NCBI RefSeq assembly: GCF_009914755.1
Contig: NC_060944.1
Reading direction: 5' to 3' (one strand)
DNA from: the human T2T-CHM13v2.0 reference genome, Homo sapiens
Length of the DNA stretch: 64,000 bases
A program made the position numbers and the translations under genes. Below the pieces are notes generated by a model. That model was not told the origin of the DNA. It did not search any database and saw only the letters and a list, made by a program, of their open reading frames with translations. Each line of letters begins with the position of its first letter. Position 1 is the first letter of the stretch. Positions 54,700 to 64,000 of the stretch are shown here, piece after piece.

Positions 54700-55435
54700 T
54701 ATTGGGATGTTACAGTTCTTGGACTGCAAGCAGGATCAACTGACTTGGTAACTTAAACAAAAAGGAAATTCCTTGCAGGGTTACCAGTAACTCACAGAAT
54801 GGATGTGAAAGGTGGAGGACTAATCTTAGAAATGGTTCAATGTCAGAACAGACCCTGAGTCTAGAAAGTAGAAACTGCAGACCAGTTTGTTGAGGTCCCA
54901 CCACTGGACTAAATGAATTGCTCTTCAAATTTCCTCATTTTCTTGTCTTCTATGGTCAAGATGCAAATTTCATGAAAAGAGTGTCCAGTTTGCCCAACTG
55001 GAGCCATTAGCTTTTGCTGCATTAAAAAACCATTCCAAAACTCAGCAGCTTAAAACAGGGACCACTTATTTAGTCCGTGGTCCTGCAGGTCAATAATTTT
55101 GGCTAGACTCAGCTGATGACTGGCTGGTCTTGCGTGGCCTTAGATAAGATGGTTCAGCTCCTCTCATAAGGTCTCTCATCCTCCAGCAGGCTAACCTAGG
55201 CTTGTTCCCATGGTGGTAGCAGAGTTGTAAGAGCAAAAGCCTGTAAGTCCTTGTGATCTAGTCTCAGAACTGTACTGTGCTTACTTCTATTGCATTCCAT
55301 TGGACAAAGTAAGTCAAAAGGCCAGCCCAACTTAAGCAATGGAAAAATAAATGCTATCTTTTAACAGACAGAGCTTCGCAGTCACATGGCAAAATGTGTG
55401 CATACAAACAAGGCCAATTTACCAGCAATCAGTCA
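54700..55435 (-). mobile_element. Nested or adjacent old MLT1 LTRs
   Basis: ttggactgcaag...acttaaacaaaaagg at about 54720, and ttttgctgcatt...ccaaaactcagcagcttaaaaca...ccagcaggctaacctaggcttgttc at about 55010-55430. Confidence 0.7.
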
Positions 55436-58400
55436 TACTGGCTAGGGGACTAGAACAGGGGACTTGAAAAAGAGCTTTATCAGGCTACATCTAATGGGGA
55501 GTAAGTAGCAACTCCCCCAAAACTTTAGTTTTGTTAGGAAAGGGGAATGACCTAAGTGACCAAAAAAAATTTTTTTAAGAAGTAAATGTTTTTTTAACAT
55601 TGCTCCTATGTATGATTCATTAGAAATAAGTGTCTTTTCCCATGAACAAAATTTGTTTCAGCAGTAAAATAAAAATAACAAATAATAAAATTAGGTCTCC
55701 CAGCTTCTCGTCAACTTCCTGGCATAGCAAGAACTGTGACCTTCCATGCACAACCACTGCGGGTGCCCTCTCTTGCCCAGTTGAAGGATCCAAACAGTGT
55801 GGCCCAGAGATTTTTGATTCAAAAATCAATTTCTGAAATATATGATGAAGTTCATCAATACTTTTCTTTCTGGACTACTCCAGCCCTCATTGACCACTCC
55901 TGTCTTTGAAATCTGAATGCACTGAAATCTAGAGGTAACTATGAGAGCTGGGCTTGAGTCACACACTTCCCGTATGATTCTGAGTCAGTGAACATCTCTA
56001 AAACCTCAAGGTTCTTATCTATAAAGTGAGTATAGAAGTGTAGCTCCCTCCAAATTTTGTGAGCTGTCACTGAGACAATCTATATAAAGCACATAGCATA
56101 GTATCTCCCGAATAATCAGCAACCAAAAACTATCCTTTGCTTATGCCATCATCATTATCATTATTGACATGCATTTAATTAGTTCTTCTGCCCCACTAGA
56201 AATTATGACATCTAAATATTACCTTCTGTATAAAAGATGCCTGTCACCTCGATGTAAGTTGAAAAAAAAATAGTTAATATGTGTGAGACTTTTGTTTCTT
56301 CTAAGACAGGTGTTTGAATATGCATTTTTTTTTTTTTTTTTTTTTTTAGTTTTGTCAGGAACTACATAAAGGTTAATCTCTTTTTCTGGCAAATATTTCC
56401 TGAGTGCTTCCATGAGGACTGCGTGGGTAGCTCACCTGTGATTCTGATCCGGAACTGGACCCTCCCTATGAAGTATTATTGTATCAATTGTTTGACCAGG
56501 CAGGGAACACCTGACCTACCCCAGTAGGTAATAGGGGAAGAGTTTAATAAAAAGACAATGAAAAGGTAGGAGTGGTGTTTAAGAAACCAAGAAGGGATAG
56601 TTCAGTGACCTGAGACTGGTGTCAGAAAGGAACCTTTGGTAGACGAACATAGGACTCATGGTAACCTGGTCAAAAGGAACCCGTGGGATATATATTCCCG
56701 CCTTTCCTCCTCCCACCTGCCCATCCCCTTTGGGCAAACTCCAGGGGTAGCCAGAGGACAGAGGATCTCATTGAGGGGATATATCAGGGACAGTCTCCCA
56801 GGGCACAGGTCTGGGAAGGAGGGTGCAGAATTAATGTACAGGGCAAGCAGAAGATACCCGGGACAGATCACTGAAGATTGAGGGAAAACTCAATGCACAA
56901 TATCTTCCCACTTTGGGAAGACCCACTCTGAAAATGACTTCACTTTTTAGGACCTGGGCCCAGGAAAAATTACAAAAGGTTTTAAAACCCCGCTTACTAG
57001 GGAATTTTGCACATTTCATTTCAGGAGATGGGTTACCTGGTAGATCTCAATGTTGTGATAGACTCTACATTGGCCTCAAAAGACAATTAAGACATGATCC
57101 TGTTTTAAGTTAATGAGAAAACATTCCATCACTGGCTGTCTGGGTCACAAACTTGTAGCCTACAAGACAATACCACCCCTGGATGTTTCTCTAATATTTT
57201 TTAAAACTTTAATTAGGTATTGGCTAATTAAATATAAGGAGGTTTTACATATGTCTCTAAATGCCTGTTTCTTTTCAGAAGTTAGAAACCTGACCCCAAG
57301 AGTCTCATTTTCTCCTGGGAACAAGGGGCTGCAGCTGAGAGTGTGCAAGCTCTCCAGCTTGCCACAGTCCTCACCATTCTCTGTTGTCTCTAATTAGCCA
57401 GACCCACGTATCCTTTACCATTTTTATTGTTCTTGCACTCTAAATTTCATCATGGTAATGTTTCTTTTTACCCATATCTCTATCAGCAATGGGCCAAAAA
57501 AGCTAGTTGAAGAGGGTCAGTGAATTTTAAGCAAAATTTAAGAAAACATATGTCTCTGTGGAAGAAAAGAATCTTCCTACACTTATATACACAAAATGAT
57601 GGTGTCTGCCTGGAAGGATGGCAACTCAGTGGGCCTTCTTTGGTTATCTTATTGGCTTGGGTCACATGGGCACTTGGGTTTGCAGTCCTGAGAACCCTAT
57701 CCTTTTACATTCAAGTCACACATTCCAGAAGGAGAGCACTTTTGTATGCACCATCTCACTTAAACCTCATAATGACCTTGTGAAACAAGCAGAGCAAAGC
57801 TTATCACTCTTTAACCTAAGAAGAAGCTCAAACCAGTTCAGTGATTTTCCCAAGGTTACCCATCCAGCAAATGTCAGGACTAAAACCCAGATCTCATCAT
57901 GAAGGGCAAACTCCCATGATTCAGAGACGACTGAGGCTTGTGTAGCCCAGAAAGAAAAGAATTGCTCAAGTTTGTCCTACATTTCAGGATGAAAGACCAA
58001 ATGTCGTGATTTCTACACTGTGCTGAATTAATACTTTTTCTTAATTTTTTTTCTGGCCTACTTCATTTCCCCAATAGGTTATATTCTAAAGGCAGTCAAA
58101 GATTATAAGATAACGTTTCTGTAGGTAGGGGGAAATAAGAGCTGTTGAAATGACCTGAGTGTCATCTCTATCTCTGGGGACAGATACCATCTCACGACTT
58201 CTATCTGCCTAAGAGAAGTTAAGCAAGAAGGTGCAGAGCTTTATTAAGCAGAGAAACATTAGACCTTTCAGCTGCTTGTGCCATCTAATTACCTGTGACT
58301 CCTGGCATCACATGCAAGCTTTATTACTGCATGTGTGAAAACTGCAAGTCCTGCTTTCGTATCTGCCCTTTGAAACTCCTCCAAACATCTACCTCTACTC

Positions 58401-58676
58401 AATTTTCAGTACAGCTAGAATCTTACCCTCTATGAGCAAAGAAGCTAATTTCTCAATTATGCTTGAAATTTAGTAATTCTAGGAACAATTTTTTTTAGAG
58501 CTTAGATCCTTATGGGCGTAAAACACTCTGATTGTGTTTAAGGATTCTACCTTTTATCAGTGTCTCCAGTGGGTTTGAACAGAATTACTTCCTTTGGCAG
58601 TTTTCTGGAACTCTCTATAAATTCATTTTACTAATGTTCTGTTGAACAAACCTGTTCTATCCTCCAACATTGAGTT

Positions 58677-58846
58677 GGTTTTTTTTTTTTTTTTTAGAGA
58701 CAGGATCTTGCTCTGTTGTCCAGGCTGGAGTGCAGTGGCATGATTGTAGCTCACTGCAGTCTGAAACTCCTGGGCTCAAGCAATCCTCATGCTTTAGCCT
58801 TCTGAGTAACTAAGACTACAGGTGCGCACTACCATGCCACGCCCCG
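58677..58846 (-). mobile_element. Alu right-arm monomer (FRAM or truncated AluJ)
   Basis: T tail plus a single antisense arm. Confidence 0.88.
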
Positions 58847-59064
58847 AATTGGTATTTTTAAAGAAAGTATTCTCATCATGAAAATTTCTGCTTTGCTATA
58901 GGAAGCACTAGATAAAGTTGTTTGGTTAACACCAAGTGAAACTAGTGTTATGTATAGTAATGCATCTCAACATATTTACTCTATTTGATAATGAAACTGA
59001 TTTACTTCTGCTTTTAGAGAGAGGGAGAGATGAATGGATGGTTCCTTGAGTGTTCTTCATGTAT

Positions 59065-59800
59065 TTATTTATTTATTCAACTCACATACATTAAATACCT
59101 ACTTTATGTTTCCTAGGCATTTGGGGGTCGCAATAAAGAGTAGTAAAGGTTCCTGACCTCAAGAAGGTTATACTCTAAAGGGAAAGAGTGGTGGGCAGTC
59201 ACAGCCACAAACCAATGAATTTCAGGTAGTGAACACTGTCATACAGAGAGAAACTGAGAAATTTGAGTGGGGGATTGTGAATTGCTGCTGCCTTGGGTGG
59301 ATTAGTCAAGGAAGATCTCATTTGAGGAGGCGATATTTGAACAAGATCTGAATGAAGTGAGGAAGGAAGCTGTGGGGCCGTGGAGGGAACAGTGTCCCAG
59401 GTGGAAGAAAACAGCCAAGACCCGGAAGTCACCATGGGCTTTAGAGACAGCAAGGAGACCCGGATGTCTGGAGCCGAATGAGGAAGGCAAAAGTGGAAGA
59501 GGCCACCAGGGGGCAGACTGTGCAGAACCTATGGGACTTCATAAGGACTTTGGATTTCACTGGAAGAGTAATGGATGAGGCTAGAAGGTTTGGGGCAGGA
59601 GAAAAGCATCATCTGACTTACCTGTGAGCAGGTTGACTGCACACCGGTGGATGGACCGTGGTGGGGGTGAGCTGGGAGCAGGCAGGCAGGACAGGGCTGT
59701 GGCAGTCGGTAGTGGCTGTGGCTGGGCTGATAGTGGTGGGCTGATAGTGGTGGAGGTTGTGAGAAATGGTTGGATTGTGGGTTAATTTTTGAAGTTTGAG
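59065..59800 (-). mobile_element. L2 3' relic (about 730 bp)
   Basis: tattcaa...tacctactttatg...tcaaggaagatctc...atttgaacaagatctgaatgaagtgagg...taaggactttggattt. Confidence 0.85.
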
Positions 59801-60547
59801 CCTATCAGTGGGAGAACAGGACACTAAGAAGGACAGAGTAAGTGGCGTGTCCTTTAAATGAGATGATCTCAATATCCCCAGAAAGTGGCTCCTGTTTTTA
59901 CTCTATCAACATCCATTTCCAAGACCCTGCCTCATTGCCTGTCAGAGTGTCGGGCCCTGGAACGCTCCAGCTGTGATAATGTCGTGGCCCTCAAGGACCA
60001 CCCCCTCCCCAACCATGGAGGGACAAGCTAAATCCCTCCTTCATCACCACCGCCTGTTCCAGGCCACCATGGGTGCACACCCAGACTTCCTGTAGTAGTT
60101 TCTCCCATGGCCTCCCTGGCTGGTCTTTGCCTCACCTGCCCACTTTGCACACAAAAGCCACAACAATCTTTCTTTAAACCTTAAAACATTCTTTACATTG
60201 ACTCTCCCTCTTTTCCTTCATTACATTTATTTTTAAAAGAAATTTTATTTCATAACTATACAGGGAAAATTAGCAGAACTGACGACAGATAGAAAGTAAA
60301 CATGAAAACAAATACGATAGGTACAAAACAAGGTTGTCGAATTCCAGCTCATTTATTTGACAGCCTCTTACCCTCACAACCATGCTTTGTTATGACCATT
60401 ATCTCATTTTAATCCTAAGTAAACTGAGTCCCAGAGAGATCAATTGATGTGCCAAAGTTCATAAAGCAAGGCAGGGAATGTACCACCCTAGTTTCCAGAG
60501 TTAAATGCCAGGCTGAGCCTGTGTTTTTGTCTTTTCCTCATCCTCTA

Positions 60548-60773
60548 TAGTGGAGTCAGCAAAGTACAGCTCATGGGCCAAGTCCAGCCCAACATCTGTT
60601 TTTGGAAATAAAGTTTTATTGGCACACAGCCACTCTTATTTGTTGACGTATTGTCTGTGGCAGCTTCTGTACTATAATGGCAGAATTGAGTAGGTGCTAC
60701 AGAGACCATGTGACCCTCAAAGCCTGAAATATTTATTATCAGGCCCTTTATAGAAAAAGTTTGCCAACCCATG
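60548..60773. mobile_element. MER58A
   Basis: aaataaagttttattggcacacagccac...aaagcctgaaatattta...tttatagaaaaagtttgccaaccc. Confidence 0.92.
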
Positions 60774-61034
60774 TTCTAGATAGAAAAAAAAATGAAGTAC
60801 ATCAAAGAGAATAAGTTATAGTTCATGGAACACACATAATGTCTATTCTTCCCATGACTGCAACAAAATGTCAGTTAAAGAGAAATAAATGTTTTTTCAA
60901 TGAATGATTTAAAAAACAGGAGTTAAAAAAAAAAAACAGGAAAACACTTAAGTGACCAAAGTCAATAAGTTTTCTATTGTTCAAAATAGGAATTGCTCTT
61001 ATGACTTTATTCTTTCAGTTGATTCTGACAGTAA

Positions 61035-61550
61035 ATTTATTCATTCATTTTTTTCATTCATTTGACAAATATTTATTTAATGTCTATACCATACTAAGCC
61101 AGTACCTGTAATAGCAACAGCATGTTCCATGCTGAGCAAATCTGACATTTTTCTTGCCTGAACATTGCTCACCTCTGGTGATAGACACAGTTGTTAGTCA
61201 AATAATTATAAAATTTGACTAGTCAGGGAAGTTGGAGGAGGCTTTCCTGAGGACGTTGTGTTTGAGGTAGGAGCTGAATGATGAGCAGGTGAAGAGGAGA
61301 GGGAAGTCCATCATCCCAGAAGGGAGGGTCCACATATGAAAAGGCCCAGTGGTAGGAGGGCACATAGTAGGCCCTAGGAAATTCAAAGCAAGATGCCTGT
61401 ATGTCTGAAGAACAGAATGCAGGAGGGGCACATGGGAGAGAGGAGATTGGGGAGGCAGGTATCTCTGACCATACTGGGCTAAGAATTTCATGTTAAAGAG
61501 TTATTCTCCATCCTAAGAAAATGGAAAACATTGAAAGGGCTAAAGGGGGT
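61035..61550 (-). mobile_element. L2 3' relic
   Basis: ttcattcatttgacaaatatttatt...ggaggctttcctgagga...gaaaaggccca. Confidence 0.78.
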
Positions 61551-61758
61551 GGTAGTTTTTTATGGGATGATCTTTCACCTTCATGGGTTCAGGAGTCCAC
61601 ATCAAATCCCTTATGGCTATGCCGAGTCTAATCCCTAGTCGTGCAAAGTATCTCTTCTCTGTGTTCCATAATCATCTGTTGTTCAGTTCAGGCATTTACA
61701 GTATTGCTGGAGCCAAGTAAAGCATGCACAAGTGCAGTAATAAGACAGACATTTTCAG

Positions 61759-62036
61759 GGCCGGGGGCAGTGGCTCATGCCTGTAATTCCAGCACTTTGG
61801 GAGGCTGAGGTAGACAGATCACTTGAGACCAGGAGTTCAAGACCAGCCTGACCAACATGACAAAACCCTGTCCCTACTAAAAATACAAAAATTAACTTGG
61901 CATGGTGGTGCACACCTAAGGCATGAGAATCTCTTAAACCCAGGAGGTGGAGGTTGCAGTGAGCTGAGATTGTGCCACTGCACTGCAGCCTGGGTGACAG
62001 GGCAAGACTCTGTCTCCAAAAAAAAAAAAAAAAAAG
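61759..62036 (+). mobile_element. AluS/Jb with an internal deletion of about 25 nt
   Basis: gcacacct joins directly to aaggcatgagaat. TSD-like agacattt(t)cag. Confidence 0.92.
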
Positions 62037-62704
62037 ACATTTCAGTTTGCCCTTTCTAGATGAACCATGTGGCAAACTACACCTCTGGAAACATTTTTCT
62101 TTTGCTCACCATAGGCCCATCTTCTTTGAATGTACATCTTCATCTATATATTCCCTACTCTTAATCTATTTCTTTATAAGGTGCTAATAGGCCAGGTGAA
62201 AATTTCCACTAATCTATTAATAAAAGCAGACCAGTGATAGGCTTTAAGAATAAAGTCATGATAAAGTTAGCAAATACAGAGGGGAAAGAAACAGCAAAAT
62301 GTTTGGGGTTTTTTGTTTGTTTGTTTTCGAGAACATTGCTACTTGGTTCCATTAGACTCCTTTGATTGTACATGACAGAAACCAACTCTGGTTATTTTCA
62401 GCAAAAAAAAAAAAAAAAAAAAAAAATAGGAGGTAATGCAAGGCTATCTGATGGAGTGGTATTTGACTTGAGAGCTCATTATTGAGGAAAAACCCAGCCA
62501 AATGAATGTCTGCGGAATGAGTGTTCTAGGCAGTGCAAAGATCCTGAGGTGAGAGCAAAAGAGGTGTGCCACAGGGTTGGAGGAAAGACCCATGGGTGGG
62601 AGGAGGGTGAACATGACGGGGAGCACTCAGACTGATGAGACAGGGCTTTGTAGCTCATGGTAAGGAGTTTTAATTTCATTCTCTGTGATAGAAAGCCTTA
62701 CATG

Positions 62705-63079
62705 TGTAGTAGTCCGTTTTCACAGTTCTATAAAAATACTACCTGAGACTGGGTAATTTATAAAGGAAAGAGATGTAATTGACTCACAGTTCTGCATGGC
62801 TGGGTAGGCCTCAGGAAACTTACAGTCATGGCAGAAGGCAAAGGAGAATCAAGTAACTTCTTCATAAGGCAGCAGGAAAAGAGAGTACAAGCGAAAGAGG
62901 AACTGCCAAACACTTATAAACCCATCAGATGTTGTGAGAACTCAACTCACTATCATGAGAACAGCATGAAGGAATCCGCCCGCATGATACCATCACCTCC
63001 CACCAGGTACCTGCCTCAACACGTGGAGATTATAATTCCAGGTGATATTTGGGTGGGGCCACAGAACCAAACCATATCA
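62705..63079 (-). mobile_element. MSTA/THE1D-like solo LTR inside L2
   Basis: tgtagtagtccgttttcac...acctgagactgggtaatttataaagg...ggcctcaggaaacttaca...ccaaaccatatca. Confidence 0.92.
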
Positions 63080-63139
63080 TAGGGTTTTAAGTAAATGAGT
63101 GATATTATTTGAGTTAGAGTAGAGAAATATCACACTTCT

Positions 63140-63350
63140 ATAAACAATTACTATATCTCAGGCACTGTATATCCACCTTAGGTCCTTTTCCTTTAATCTT
63201 CACCAATGAATGGGTACAATTATTATCACTTCTCAGATTAGTAAAGTGAGGCTTAGGGAGGAAAAGCAACTTGTTTGGAGTCACATAGTGACTATATGGC
63301 AAATCTGAACCTCAACCCTTGTCATCTGCCTCCAGTTCCTGGCTCAAAAT
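63140..63350 (-). mobile_element. MIR
   Basis: aaagtgaggcttagggagg...caacttg...gtcacatag. Confidence 0.7.
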
Positions 63351-64000
63351 ACTCATTAAAGGCTCATTTTTATTGCCATTGTTTATGATGTTTATTTTTC
63401 TAACCCTTCCAAGAGTGTTTTGTGGATTGCATTATTCTTTTCTTCTCAATTTTATAAATAAAAGAGACTCGCCTCAAAATCACAACTGAAGGAAAAAAAT
63501 AACAAACTTGTAGTTTCCTCTAAAGAACTTCACGGACACCCAGCTCAGAAGAATTTGGCCCGGCCAGGGATGGGGCGGGGAGGGAAGGACTGGCTGCCGC
63601 AATGTTTTGGGTTCGGCCATCCCATTTGTGAGAATTAGGAATGTTCTTTGGACAAAAGATCAAACACAAGCTTACTCCTTTCTATGCTGAGACGTTGCCC
63701 ACTCGCTTCCTCTTTTGTATCTTTCCTGGTAACTCGACTTCAGTTTCTCTGATGGTAAAGAGATGAGATCAGCCACTAGGGGATCGGTCGATGGGATCAG
63801 GTTTCAGTCATCAAAAAATTACGTCAAGTGCTAAGCATGAGTTACCTTCCACTGCCAGTGTCAGCCCAGGACGTGACTGCAGGGCCATCAATCCTGCCTT
63901 CCTTGTCCTTGTAGATGTTAAAATACAGGGTACTCTGGGAATTCATTAGTGGGGGTGTTGCATGGGAAAGGAGGGGCTATGCTCCAGGAAAAGTGGGTAT

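Overview
Primate genomic DNA, probably human or great ape given the AluY and L1PA2-type elements. It is non-coding (intergenic or deep intronic). I find no credible protein-coding exon, processed pseudogene, tRNA/rRNA or CpG island. The ORFs in the track are short, often have non-ATG starts, and are either chance ORFs or derive from Alu, LTR or simple repeats. A large fraction of the window is interspersed repeat: about 17 Alu/FLAM/FRAM copies; MaLR solo LTRs (THE1, MST, MLT1); one LTR8; old ERVL-like LTRs; many MIR and L2 relics; L1 3' fragments; and hAT MITEs (MER20, MER58, MER33, MER45, MER119, MER5). Family names come from my recall of consensus sequences, not from an alignment, and old-repeat boundaries are approximate. 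I cannot support a genuinely new biological system here and cannot name the locus. The best leads are: (1) a 27-unit, perfectly phased, degenerate telomere-like hexamer array with 9 RGGTCA nuclear-receptor half-sites (53597-53758); (2) several repeat-free islands with clustered or palindromic TGACAG (MEIS/PKNOX/TGIF) and HOX-type motifs, suggesting a developmental enhancer landscape; (3) an old MLT1 LTR carrying a CpG-retaining ETS/E-box/CCAAT/AP-1 cassette; (4) a natural match to the tetO core; (5) some informative retrotransposition junctions.
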